From Thermoplasmatota archaeon (GTDB taxonomy: Archaea; Thermoplasmatota; JAKEGO01): a stretch of 64,000 nucleotides of DNA. Positions 29,901 through 39,300 of this stretch are shown piece after piece. The notes under the pieces are model-generated. The model did not search any database. It saw only the letters and a program-made list of their open reading frames with translations, and was not told where the DNA came from. The stretch is taken from assembly GCA_028279595.1 (NCBI GenBank), contig JANQNK010000003.1:249087-313086 (forward strand), written 5' to 3'. The position numbers and the translations under genes are program-made. Each line of letters starts with the position of its first letter. Within the stretch, counting starts at the first letter, position 1.

Positions 29901-32486
29901 ACGGCCCTTGTCCGTGTATATGGTGATGGTGAAGTTGAGCTCGTTGTTGTCCTCGGCGTCCTCGCCGGAGACGGGTTCCGCCCAGACCGACAGCTCGTAG
30001 TCGCCGGCCTCATCGGTGCTCCATTCGAGCTCGACCTGCTCCGTGTCGCCGGAGTCGATGTCCACGGTCGTCGAGTCCTCGGTCAGGCCGTCGAGGATCA
30101 GCTTAACCTCGACGTCAGTCTCGTCCCTCAATCCGAGGTTCTCGAGCGTTGCAGTGACCGTGACCTCCTCCCCGACCTCGGCCCTCTCCGGGGCCGAAAC
30201 GTCGGTGACGGCGATATCATGTTCGGTCCCGCCCACCTCGATCTCGAACTCGTCGGTCCATGTGTGGCCCGGAATGTCCTCAAAATCGAGCTGGAACGTC
30301 AGGTTCTCGCCCACGGGGGCCGACGATGAGAGCTTGAAGTCGTAGTCACCAAGGCTCCATGCGGTCTGTCCCGCCCCCACGTTCCCGTAGCCCTCCTCGG
30401 CGTCGGTGATGTTTACGTACGGTGAGGTCGTGCTGAGGGTCCCCTGGAGGCCCGTGGCCGTCTGGCTTCCGATGTTCCTGACCTGGAGGTTCAGCTCGAT
30501 GGTCTCCCCGGGATTGACGATCCCGTCGCCGTTCCCGCTGCTGGAACCAAGGCTGTCGTCGTCCACCAGATGGTCGTTGTAGATGATGTTCGGCACCGGC
30601 AGGACGCTGATCGTGTGCGACACCTTCGACGCCCGTACGCCGTTGGTCCAGGCCTTTGCCTCGACATCGAAATCGGTTGCGAGGTTGACTGTCGGTGCAT
30701 CGGAATCGAACTCCACCTTGACCTCGCACTCCTGATAGAAGTCGATGTCCTCGGTGTGTATCAGGGTGCCCTCGAAGGTCCAGTACCCGTCCGAGCTCGT
30801 GGGATTGGTGTTGGATGACGAGTAATCGACCCCGCCGTCGGCCGTGACCTTGATGTTGGTCGGCTTGCTCCAATCGTCGGGTATCGTCACCCTGAACGTG
30901 GTCTCGTCGTTCTCGATGGTGTAGGGGGTCCTCGTGACCGGGAGGGTGGCCTCGAACGTGACCTCCTTCGTTCCGGTATCGACCTCGTCAGGGCCGTCGA
31001 CGTCGGTCCTCGTGAGGTCCTCGGCGCGCTTCACGGCGCCGTAGCCGTCGACCTGTCCGTATCCCCAGGCCCTGTCCCACTTCTCGCTGTACTGGGGCCT
31101 GTCAGTGCCAGCCCTGTCCTGTGCGGTATCGGCCAGGATCTGCTTGAGGTCCAGTTCGTATCTCGGAGCGCCCGGCCTAAGGCTCGGGTTCGCCTGAAGC
31201 ATGAGAGCGATCAATCCGCCCACCGACGGTGTGGACATGCTGGTGCCCGAACTTGCAGCGAGAAGGACGGCGCTCCATGAGACCGCCGAAGTCACACCTG
31301 TACCCACTGCCGTGACGTGAGGTTTCATCTCGTCGTAGACGTCCGAATCCCCATCGTCGCCCCGCGGGCCACGGGCGGAGAACCCGGATATGGTGTCGTC
31401 CCCCCTGGTTATCGTGTTGTGATCGTCATGCGAACCGACGTTGATGCACCTGTCCGCAGCACCCGGCATCGCGAGGCCGTTGTTGTTCGGTCCGTTGTTT
31501 CCTGCCGCGACCGTACAAACGATCCCTACCTCGACGGCGTCGTTCACTGCCTGCGATGTCTGGTCGTTCCCGTTGGACGCTCCCCCGCCGAAGCTCATGC
31601 TGAGGACCGGAACGCCGTCGTTGGCCGGACCGTCGTTCTCCCAGTCGGTCTCGTTGTTGTCGATGCACCAGTCTATGGCGGCCAGGACGCCCGCGAGGTT
31701 CAGATTGGTGAGCGAACCGACCCTGATATCGATCAGCCTGGACTCTGGCGCCGGACCCTGATGGTCCGTGCCGGTCCCTATCGCATCGCCGGCCACGTGC
31801 GTCCCGTGGCCCGAATCGGACGCCTCGGGGTTGACGCCAGCCCCGCCGATAAGGACACCGGTGACCGCGTCCGCCCCCGCGATGAGCTTGGGGTCGAAGG
31901 TCAGCGGATTGTCATCCATGTCGTCGACCATCGTGTGGCCGACCGGTATCTGGTCGTTCACTCCTGAGTCCATGATGGCGACGTTGATCCCGTCGCCCTT
32001 ATAGCCGAGCTCCCAAGCGGTGTATGGGCTGAACTCGGCCGACTCCCTGACCTTGATGTTCGGGATAGCCATGTCGAGCATGTACTCCATCTCTGGAGGG
32101 ACCTCGAGCAGGAGCAGCCCCTTGAGCCTGACCAGGGTCGGGAGGTCATCGCTGTCGACGTTCTCGAGGACGATGGTCTCGAAGTTGTGAGCGGCGTAGA
32201 CGACCTCGAATCCCCGTTCCTCGAGCCATTCCACGTCCCCTTCGGTGGGGATGTGGTCCACGGCCGCGAGGACGAGGTCGAAGACCTCACGCTGGCCGAG
32301 ATAGGCCCTGTCCAGGAGGTCGTCGATGCCGTTCCCGTTCTCGTCGCGGTAATACCCCGACCACCAGCCGTCCGGACGGTCGCCGAGGGTGGGTGCACCC
32401 TTGACCTCCTCCGACGTGGCGAGTACGGGGATTAGGCTAGATACCATAAGCATGAATACTACCAGTGCTGTCGTCCTCATCGTCAT
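23925..32486 (-). CDS. Membrane-anchored S8 (subtilisin-like) serine peptidase with CARDB, GATase-like, MAM-like and many Ig-like domains (about 2850 aa)
   Basis: Catalytic motifs AIMDSG, GHGTHVAG, AAGN and SGTSMSTP. Signal peptide. More than 10 Ig-like repeats (WDST...DG.H.I.VRA.D.AGN...VDNT.P). C-terminal TM + GGRKR. Start probably 32486 or 32480. Confidence 0.93.
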   Translation of the reverse strand: MTMRTTALVVFMLMVSSLIPVLATSEEVKGAPTLGDRPDGWWSGYYRDENGNGIDDLLDRAYLGQREVFDLVLAAVDHIPTEGDVEWLEERGFEVVYAAHNFETIVLENVDSDDLPTLVRLKGLLLLEVPPEMEYMLDMAIPNIKVRESAEFSPYTAWELGYKGDGINVAIMDSGVNDQIPVGHTMVDDMDDNPLTFDPKLIAGADAVTGVLIGGAGVNPEASDSGHGTHVAGDAIGTGTDHQGPAPESRLIDIRVGSLTNLNLAGVLAAIDWCIDNNETDWENDGPANDGVPVLSMSFGGGASNGNDQTSQAVNDAVEVGIVCTVAAGNNGPNNNGLAMPGAADRCINVGSHDDHNTITRGDDTISGFSARGPRGDDGDSDVYDEMKPHVTAVGTGVTSAVSWSAVLLAASSGTSMSTPSVGGLIALMLQANPSLRPGAPRYELDLKQILADTAQDRAGTDRPQYSEKWDRAWGYGQVDGYGAVKRAEDLTRTDVDGPDEVDTGTKEVTFEATLPVTRTPYTIENDETTFRVTIPDDWSKPTNIKVTADGGVDYSSSNTNPTSSDGYWTFEGTLIHTEDIDFYQECEVKVEFDSDAPTVNLATDFDVEAKAWTNGVRASKVSHTISVLPVPNIIYNDHLVDDDSLGSSSGNGDGIVNPGETIELNLQVRNIGSQTATGLQGTLSTTSPYVNITDAEEGYGNVGAGQTAWSLGDYDFKLSSSAPVGENLTFQLDFEDIPGHTWTDEFEIEVGGTEHDIAVTDVSAPERAEVGEEVTVTATLENLGLRDETDVEVKLILDGLTEDSTTVDIDSGDTEQVELEWSTDEAGDYELSVWAEPVSGEDAEDNNELNFTITIYTDKGRILIDDVNGDASDHGDLLSLLADDGYRISNGSEYGMDLAEMLRSRLVIIPGPGVLSVSYILELQDYVRLGGGVLMLADDDPESYGMLTGPMGLNWSTVPGKQNDTAHTIEDHPVTDGISSLYFRSPDASLEIGDSDLLFNSSNGANISAAVEYGEGRMVVVTDDDFLRDGDLDEEDNALFPINSASWLSRTLKSEDLGVARISAPDIVRPNESFEVDITLINLGIDEMSDINVSIDVAGTTIVRNVSSLDSREWENLTFDVSIEDEGYFRVVGSVEAGDDTPGNDATWTNMDVFYGTGTLGIHTFHGNMTDHGDFISYLMDLGFDFEEIDTELRYEDIAHLDELMLLRTANMEDEEISAVHDFVRTGKGLFIVTDLLEPANLLGSGLNISWGSWPGREGRTTNIEEHESTEGVEALYLKRPHAQVSGPPLFWDYPEDDSILQGVITGFGEGTIFATSDIGLFANDNLDEDDNTRFGRQLVRSLVRDEVDHDGAIVDLTFDRYVERNVTATFTAIVHNLGTGSEMFDVVLEIDGDEVNSTTVTLAAGGFEEVAIDHIPSMNGTFNVSMAVEQVSNETAMENNVLDGVISVLKVLLDDDCEADTGWTSESIWDISDERSRSGTHSWRYGSDSTGNYSTGSGDASLSRDISLLSIKQGVMRFRYYFDMEGDSAELNITTDDGESWERLTTLRGIEGRWDTAVVPLNDYEGFNVTIAFHVMHDGDDDDGEGLYIDDIVFAGFVNVSRVTEILAPEEGDFIAGEKEVLVHARDSDGIVSVEWRVDDGAWSDMQLKEGSEGDGVWNATFNSTSFSDGNYTIEVRSTNSTDNVTYVDVDFTVDNTPPEVTFVAPDEGQHVADMTPIDFTTDDDTSGVESSDIRIAGGSWMSSDGHEDWDTKTVADGDHVIQVRAFDHAGNRGDAYRNVTVDNTPPDAEFVTPVEDEEVNGTITISVDVSDVSGVDSVEYSVGGDWTSLNLTSGNSTSGTWETDWNTQEVEDGDVDIELSVIDSLGNGGMDDLTVYVNNVDSPPAVEILEPANGALVFGTVRIAANATDDEGISKVDYRIDDDASWTDMMEDDDSWVADWSSTSVEDGIHDIHVRVHDTQDQTETMTINVTVDNTPPEIVPLGPNGTVKETIKIRASIADERIDEVWFRVDDGDWGNMFMDDPYYAYIDTSTYLDGEHTVSVRASDDAGNTNQTSWDLDFDNTWPVVDILDPDQDDTVAGTVVVKADIDESDIDTVHFKAEGGWSKMSVNGSNYTYDWDSTEAADGEMTLKVRCRDVAGNEGYGSIDVSVDNVNDLPVITIIEPDDDLYGVGVTVRVEVIDDRGIDSVLFRPDDGSWIEMENGTSENKYRYEWDTSGLNGNVGFTIRAEDSDGSTRQKSGSVLLDTTAPVLEDVTPVNGTAFEESINITLTVDDDNLAQVQIRIGSTSWKTMDHIDDEFYYDWDPRDDGSYLVKIRANDTVDNEVTESFSFIKDSKYPTLDTIVPSGTLTGYVKLKADVVDDTIVAVEYSIDGGGWDDLEQQNYDRWQAVWNSGSVSDGDHTITFRAIDMVGHVTEETIERETNNVNHLPYIWIDEPLDGVFGGDMEVQVTVKDDFGIENVEASIDGGDWMDLWKSQGGSKNSIWRGDIDTTEADDGTVRLEFRVTDTNGSVNETYVNIEVDNTEPEIRVNNPKEGDSVEGNITVKVRTIDPNIDEVSAYLVSTWEDMEQDGDTWRIPWDTRSLMEGPHTIDVRAKDTLGNVAFRSWSVEIDNVNEDPKVKIQTPSSGKVDGLVEVTAKVTDDRTIDTVELLVGEVVEEMDYEGDDIYSYTLDTLELSDAEYNLRVRATDFEGATDSDMIIITIDNQEDPYYSPTISVDGKNSDRARKTMTFYVKVGNMGNYESTISLSTVHDPAGLDVTLDDVEVTLDPEDDTSVMVTVRPIKPGVYTVRIIADDHGETADTVINVVVPKEKSEDEGLAGLVIPMAAVLVIVFLIAVFLGYIPIGGRKR

Positions 32487-32515
32487 CACACCGCTTACTG
32501 ACATCCATTCCAAAC

Positions 32516-32556
32516 ACAGTTATAAATATATCTGTATCCCCGTAACTGTTATATTA
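32516..32556. promoter_or_regulatory. Divergent promoter region with TATA-like boxes on both strands
   Basis: acagtTATAAATATA and taactgTTATATT. acagtta (32516-32522) and taactgt (32543-32549) form an inverted pair between the divergent genes. Confidence 0.5.
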
Positions 32557-32668
32557 GACCCGAAGGGCCAGGCATCGCGGACGGGTGTCGGACAATGTTA
32601 TCACCGTCAAGTCCAGAACCCTGTCTGCGGGAAGGGTCAAATTAAAGTAGGAGCCCTGACATAGATAC

Positions 32669-35600
32669 GTGATGACATTAGCACGTACTCTCTCGATTTT
32701 GCTTGTCCTCACATTATGCCTCATAGCGATCGGCTCGTCAACGGCGTCCCACTGGAACGGCACCCGGGGAGGCCCCGACCGCAATTCAGCGTACGATTCG
32801 GACCTATCCACCCCGCTTGGGATCGAATGGTCCTTCGAGGGGAACGGGGAGCTCAGGACCCCGCTGGTCAGCGGCGATTCCGCACTGTTCTCGTCCCTCG
32901 TAAGGAAGGTCTACGCTGTCGACATCACCAACGGCAGCCAGATATGGGAGTCCGGTGTCGATTCCTACTCCGTGAAACAGCAGGAGATAATCGGCGACAG
33001 GCTCTACGTCAAGGCCGGTAACAGGATACTCAACATCAGCATCGAGAACGGGAGCCGTACGATGTTCACCGTACCAGGTGGACCGAGCTCGGCTCCGATC
33101 GCGTTCGGCCCGTACCTGATGCTGGTCAATTCCACACATCTCCTCGCATACAGGAACGACACTCTCGACTGGGGTGTGGGATTCACGGGGTCCCCGTCGC
33201 TCCCCGCGACAGACGGCGATCACATCTTCCTGCGTGCGGGCACGGACCTGTATCGCGTCGACATCGGCGGAGCACAGACATCGGTCACCCTGGCGGGAAG
33301 TGGTGGTTCCCCCACGGTCGCGAACAACAGGGTGTACATAGGCACCGACACGATGATCTACGAGTTCAGGACGAACCTGGTGGAGAACAGGTCGATCAAC
33401 GCGTCCTACAACAAGAAGGCCCTCGCCGTCACCGATTCCCTGGTCGCGGTCTCGGGTTCGAACATCATCTCCTACTCGATGGCCAACTTCAGCCAGGAAT
33501 GGTCCGTGACCCTCGATTACGAGATCACGACGCCACCGATAGTGTTCATCGACCACATTGCGGTGGGCACCGAGTGCGGCGTCTCCGTCGTGACGGTGGA
33601 CGGCACCCACGTCCAGGACCTGGACATCGATGACGAGGTTCTCGGATGCATAGCTCCGCTGGACGACGGTATCCTCGCCGCGACCGACGGCGGATACCTC
33701 TTCAAGTTCTCCCGCGACCAGGACGGCGATACCGTCGCGGACGTGGTGGACGACTTTCCCACCGAACCCACCCAGTGGATCGATTCCGACGGGGACGGAT
33801 ACGGCGACAACCAGACCGGCGTCATGCCCGATCTGTTCCTTGAGGAGCCGACGCAGTGGAACGACACCGATGGTGACGGCTACGGGGACAATCCGGAAGG
33901 CGTCGATCCCGACGACCTCCCGCTCGAGCCGACCCAGTGGAACGACACGGACGGCGACGGGCACGGCGACAACCAGACCGGATTCGAGCCGGACAGGTTC
34001 ATAGACGAGCCGACCCAGTGGTCGGACATCGACAATGACGGTTACGGCGACAACGCCAGCGGGGTCGATCCAGACGTCTTCCCGACGGTGGGGACCCAGT
34101 GGAACGACACCGATGGGGACGGTTACGGCGACAACAGGATCGGCGTGGATCCCGACCTTTTCCCTCTGGAACCATCCCAGTGGGCCGATGTCGACGGCGA
34201 CGGATACGGCGACAACGCTTCCGGGGTGAACCCCGACATGCTTCCATCGAGCCCGACCCAGTGGAACGACTCCGACGGCGACGGCTACGGCGACAACATG
34301 AACGGACTGGACCCCGACCTGTTCCAGGACGATCCGACCCAGTGGTTCGACGACGACGGGGACGGTTACGGCGACAACACCACCGGGAACGAACCGGACA
34401 AATTCCCTGGCGTTCCCTCGCAGTGGAACGACACCGACGGGGACGGATTCGGCGACAATCAGGACGGGGTGTCCGCCGACAGGTTCATCCAGGACCCGAC
34501 ACAGTGGTTCGACCGCGATACCGACGGATACGGTGACAATCCCAACGGCACGGATTTCGATGCATTCCCTGACGACCCTACCCAGTGGAACGACACCGAT
34601 GAGGACGGATACGGCGACGAGCCGGACGGCCTGCATCCCGATGCCTTCCCCTATGACCCGAACGAGTGGAACGACACGGACGGCGACGGTGTAGGCGACA
34701 ACACGGACCTCTATCCGTTCGATGCGGACAACGACGGGACCGTGGACGAAATGGACGCCTTCCCGCTCGATGCCGCAGCGGCAAAGGACACGGACGGAGA
34801 CGGTCACCCGGACGAGTGGAACCCCGGACACAATACGTCCACCTCGACCACTGGACTGACCCTGGACGCCTTCCCGAGGAAGGCCAGCCAGTGGTACGAC
34901 AGGGACGGCGACGGATATGGAGACAACCCAACGGGAGCCCAGCCCGATGCATTCCCCGACGACCCCGTTGACTGGGTCGACTCCGACGGGGACCTCGTCG
35001 GCGACAACACCGACCCATTCCCGGACGACGCCACCGAGTGGGAGGACACCGACGGCGACGGGATCGGGAACAACGCCGACCTGTATCCGAAGGACAGGGA
35101 CAACGACGGCCACCCGGACCGGAAGGACGACTTCCCGGACGACCCTGACGAATGGGCCGATTCCGACGGGGACGGCATCGGGGACAAGTCCGACATCATA
35201 CCCATGCACAATACCCATTTCGCCTACCTCATCACTGCCATAGTCCTCGCGATAATACCGATCATCGGAGCAGTGGCGTACAGGAGGAGGCAGGAGGAGA
35301 GGCGGAAGAGGATCAAGGCCGGCATCAAGGCCGTCTCGGCGGGCCGGACCAGCATCGCCAGCAAGGGCGAGCGCAGGCGCGTCGGCGGGTACGTAAGCGA
35401 GGCAAAGAAGGCCGTTGCGACCGGTGAGCTCGAGAGGGCGGACAAGATGCTCAGGAAGGGCGAGGCGGAGTCGCATCGCGCCCGGTACATCGAGGAGATG
35501 TACAAAAGGTACCGCGGACACCTGGACCACCTGCACAGGACCATGGTGGCAAAGGGAATGGCGACGACCGAGGTCTCCAAGCTGGTCAAGGAGTCGCGGA

Positions 35601-36259
35601 CAGGACCACTTCCGAAGAGGGTCGATTCCCTGATGAAGGGAGTGTCCGAGGCCACGAAGGCGCTGCAGGCACACGAGACCGCCACCATGCTGACCAACGA
35701 GCTGAAGGGCGCAGCCAGGGAGCTCGAGGACCGCGGATACGCGGTCGGCGGGCTCAAGTCCGAGAGCGCAATGGTCGCGGCCCTGATCGAGGAGGGCAAC
35801 TACCGCCGGACGTTCAAGCTCATCATGCCCATTATCGGGCACATCAGGTACCTGCAGGGGCTTCCGAGGGGTTCGGAGAGGCCCAAGGACGAGGTCGACA
35901 AGCTCATCAACACCAGGAACGTACTTACCGGAGGCGATCCTGAGGCGATCATCAGGCTGTTCAAGGAGTCGATGGGAAAGGTCAAGACCGACACCTGGGA
36001 CGACCTCATAACTGTGAAGGGTCCAGAACCATGGGGCATCGACATCGCTAACGCCTCCAAGGCCGTCACACCGACCGCCATGGACGACGCCGCGGTCAAC
36101 CTCGCGCTCCACAACCTGAAGTACATCTACGTGTTCTCGGGGATCGGGTTCACCCCTGACGCGCTCGCGAGGTCCATGGAGATGCGGATCGTCAGGCCGA
36201 TGAGCGTCAACGAGGCGATGTACCTGATATGGTCCACGGCACCTCCGGTCCAGGAGTGA
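32669..36259 (+). CDS. PQQ-type beta-propeller + thrombospondin type-3-like repeat membrane protein with a cytoplasmic Mrr-like tail
   Basis: Signal peptide. W...RGGPDRN......L...W.F PQQ-propeller start and VYAVDITNGSQIW. DxDGDGYGDN repeats. TM FAYLITAIVLAIIPIIGAVAY + RRRQEERRKR. Basic helical cytoplasmic region. Confidence 0.88.
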   Translation: MMTLARTLSILLVLTLCLIAIGSSTASHWNGTRGGPDRNSAYDSDLSTPLGIEWSFEGNGELRTPLVSGDSALFSSLVRKVYAVDITNGSQIWESGVDSYSVKQQEIIGDRLYVKAGNRILNISIENGSRTMFTVPGGPSSAPIAFGPYLMLVNSTHLLAYRNDTLDWGVGFTGSPSLPATDGDHIFLRAGTDLYRVDIGGAQTSVTLAGSGGSPTVANNRVYIGTDTMIYEFRTNLVENRSINASYNKKALAVTDSLVAVSGSNIISYSMANFSQEWSVTLDYEITTPPIVFIDHIAVGTECGVSVVTVDGTHVQDLDIDDEVLGCIAPLDDGILAATDGGYLFKFSRDQDGDTVADVVDDFPTEPTQWIDSDGDGYGDNQTGVMPDLFLEEPTQWNDTDGDGYGDNPEGVDPDDLPLEPTQWNDTDGDGHGDNQTGFEPDRFIDEPTQWSDIDNDGYGDNASGVDPDVFPTVGTQWNDTDGDGYGDNRIGVDPDLFPLEPSQWADVDGDGYGDNASGVNPDMLPSSPTQWNDSDGDGYGDNMNGLDPDLFQDDPTQWFDDDGDGYGDNTTGNEPDKFPGVPSQWNDTDGDGFGDNQDGVSADRFIQDPTQWFDRDTDGYGDNPNGTDFDAFPDDPTQWNDTDEDGYGDEPDGLHPDAFPYDPNEWNDTDGDGVGDNTDLYPFDADNDGTVDEMDAFPLDAAAAKDTDGDGHPDEWNPGHNTSTSTTGLTLDAFPRKASQWYDRDGDGYGDNPTGAQPDAFPDDPVDWVDSDGDLVGDNTDPFPDDATEWEDTDGDGIGNNADLYPKDRDNDGHPDRKDDFPDDPDEWADSDGDGIGDKSDIIPMHNTHFAYLITAIVLAIIPIIGAVAYRRRQEERRKRIKAGIKAVSAGRTSIASKGERRRVGGYVSEAKKAVATGELERADKMLRKGEAESHRARYIEEMYKRYRGHLDHLHRTMVAKGMATTEVSKLVKESRTGPLPKRVDSLMKGVSEATKALQAHETATMLTNELKGAARELEDRGYAVGGLKSESAMVAALIEEGNYRRTFKLIMPIIGHIRYLQGLPRGSERPKDEVDKLINTRNVLTGGDPEAIIRLFKESMGKVKTDTWDDLITVKGPEPWGIDIANASKAVTPTAMDDAAVNLALHNLKYIYVFSGIGFTPDALARSMEMRIVRPMSVNEAMYLIWSTAPPVQE
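33760..35200 (+). repeat. Coding tandem repeat, 81-bp / 27-aa period (PTQWNDTDGDGYGDN...D.FP)
   Basis: CAGTGG recurs at 33773, 33854, 33935 and onward with 81-bp spacing. About 12 consecutive units, then shorter degenerate units. Confidence 0.9.
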
Positions 36260-36399
36260 GCGGCAAGACGGGCGGTCCGAATAATACCATCATATTCCAC
36301 CCGATGCTTGGAATAATTCATAACCCAGCTTGAATTTCTTATTATGGAATGTAACATGGTAGAGACAAATGTATTATATACAAATATAGTAAAGCGGCT

Positions 36400-39300
36400 A
36401 TGAAAGCTAGGGTTTGGCCAGTGCTATTATTTCTGATCGGATTGTTATTAATCCCGGCCCCCTCGGCCAGCGGGGACGCGGGGGATTTCACCCACTTCGT
36501 GCTAGGCGAGGAGATGACCGCAACCTGGTGCGGTTTCTGTCCCACCGCGGCCGAACAGTTGTCCGACATCTACTACAACGACAGCTACGAGTTCTACTAC
36601 GTAGCCCTTATCACGGACGTCAATGACAAGGCCGACGACAGGACTGGCGACTATCCGACCTTCCAGGGCTATCCGACCGTCTACTTCGACGGCGGATTCC
36701 GCGAGCGGACGGGAGCCCAGGACGACAAGTCCGCTTATCAACAGGACATCGAGGACTCTGGCGAGAGGGTCGATACGCCGGTTGCGATCGAGCTCAATAT
36801 GTCCTACCTCGGCGACAGCGAAATATACGTCAAGGTACGCCTTCGATGGGACGAGGACGGAACGATCGTCAACACTGACCTCCAGGTGTTCCTCAGGGTA
36901 TACATCACGGAGATAACGTCGAGGTACTACAATGCCGACGACAAGCCCTACCACTTCGGCTTCCTCGATTACGCGTTCGAGGAGGGGGTCGACCTCGATC
37001 CACACGAGTGGTGGGAGAGCGAGACGACATGGGTCGGCGCCGACCACGAGGATGCCAACGGAGACGATTTCGGGGACATCGATTACAGCAACATTGCACT
37101 CGTGGCTGCGGTCTTCAATGACGAGAGCAGCGACACCGACGACTACAGCCTAAACTGCACCGCGGCCATCGCACCCCACCTGACCATAACGGACCCGTTC
37201 GATAACACGACCCAGAATGGAGACTTCGACCTCAAGGTCGAAGCCACGCCCCATTATACGGAGGCCGACCCTGCATCGATATCCAAGATCGAGTACTCGT
37301 TCGGCGAGGATGGATGGACCGACCTCGACGAGGCCGTCGGGGACGAATGGAGCACATCGGTGGACACCACATCGCTCGAGAACGGATGGCACACCCTCCA
37401 CGTACGTGCGACCGATTCGAAGAACACGACGATGGAGACCAACGTCAGCTTCGAGCTCGATGGCGAGGACACCTTCGCTCCTGTCGTGGAGTTCGTGTCC
37501 CCCGACGATGGAGGGACGATGTCGGGTGATGTCGAGATAATCGCGGAGATCACAGATCATTCAAACTTCACGGCCGAGTTCAGGGTAGGCTCGGGCGGAT
37601 GGACCGAGCTGGACCATCTCTCGGATGACACCTACAAGGCAACATGGGATTCCACCGAGGTCACCGACGGGGATCAGACGATCACGATCCTCGCGATGGA
37701 TGAGCACGACAACGACGGGTTCCATCACCTCGACATCGTTGTCGACAACCTGAATGTCGAGATGACCTCCCCCAGATCGGGGACCGAGGTGGAGAACATA
37801 GTGGACATCGCCGCCACCGCCGTCAACACAGCCGAGATCGATTACGCTGAGCTTCTGATCGACGGTGAGGACATCGAGGAATTGGAGGTGGACGGTAGCG
37901 ACATCGCAGGAGAATGGAACTCGCGGTCCGTGGACAATGGCGAGCACTCCTTGACGGTCATCGTGTATGACACGATCGGGAACGAGGCTGCCGATACCGT
38001 GACGGTCGACGTGGACAACGACGTCAACGACGAGGAACCCCCCGAACTGATCGTTGACTCCCCTTCGGAGGGCGAGGAGATAGGCTCGACCTACAGGCTC
38101 GAAGCCACGGCCAACGACGAGAACGGCATCGACCGAGTGGAGTTCAGGTTCGTCGACGGGGATTGGACCGAGATGGACCATGGCGACGGGGACGATTATT
38201 CCCACGACCTCAATACCAGGGAGATGGAGAACGGGGACTATGTGCTCGAGTTCCGCGCCCAGGACAGCTCGGCGAACAAGGCCACGGTCTCTTTGAACGT
38301 CACCGTCCATAACGAGGTGGACGAGGAGGCCCCGGAAATCGAACCCCGCAATCCGATAGAGGGTGACCTGGTCTCCCTCGATGACACATTCCAGGTGGTG
38401 CTGCACGCCGTTGACGACAGCGAAATGGCCATTGTAGAGTCCAGGCTGGACTCCGGGGACTGGCGGGAGATGGAGTACGACGAGGACCTGTCAGCGGAAT
38501 ATGATACGGATACCTATTCATTCACATATGATGGCACTCACAACGAGTTCAACGATCTGGAGGATGGTACCCACACCATCGCGTTCCGAGCCTCGGACGG
38601 TTCGGATAACACGGCAGAGGAGGAGGTCGAGTTCACGACCGATTCCACTCCGCCCGTGATAACCCTTGACCTCCCCTCGTTCATCAGCGGCGAGGTCGAG
38701 ATGGGTTACGTGCTGGATGACATGTCCGACATATCAAGCCTTGAGGTGGGGATCGCCGGGGACGTACTCGATTCCATAGACCATCCCGATGGTGAAGGCA
38801 CCCTGGTGCTGGACCTCTCGGAGGTGGAGGATGGGCAGGTCGATCTCTGGGCGATCGCGGTCGACATGGCGGGAAACGAGGGTACCGGCGAACACGAGGC
38901 CACGGTCGATAATACCGCTCCATCCTTGTCGTTGTCTAGTCCCGGGGACGGAGCGTCCTTAGCGGGCGATATCGACATCGAGGTCGAGGTGGTCGATGAC
39001 AATCCAGATGGTGTCACATGGCGCATGGACCTCGGTCCATGGTCCGACATGAATGGTAGTTCCGGGACATATTCGGTCAGGATCCCTGTTGAGGATGTGG
39101 ACGACGGATGGCACGACATCGATGTCGCTGCCGAGGACAGGGCCGGGAATGTCGACGAGCTTGCCTTCGAGGTCTTCACCGACAACAGCGCTCCGATGCT
39201 GAAGAGCATCGAACATTACCCGGACATCCCCTACGTCGACGACGATGTCTTCTTCGAGGCCGAGGTGGAGGATGTTTCCGGAGTCGAGACCGTTCTCCTT

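Noticed and set aside
33760-35200. Regular repeats that could suggest a CRISPR array
   Set aside because: In-frame 81-bp coding units with synonymous variation, no identical repeats with unique spacers, and no cas genes.
32804-36112. 1102-aa antisense ORF, and similar ones at 42933-45005, 55226-57091, 59831-61675 and 62645-63997
   Set aside because: Shadow ORFs on the reverse strand of GC-rich, Asp/Glu-rich real genes (GAC reads GTC on the reverse strand, hence the Val-rich products). No family motifs.
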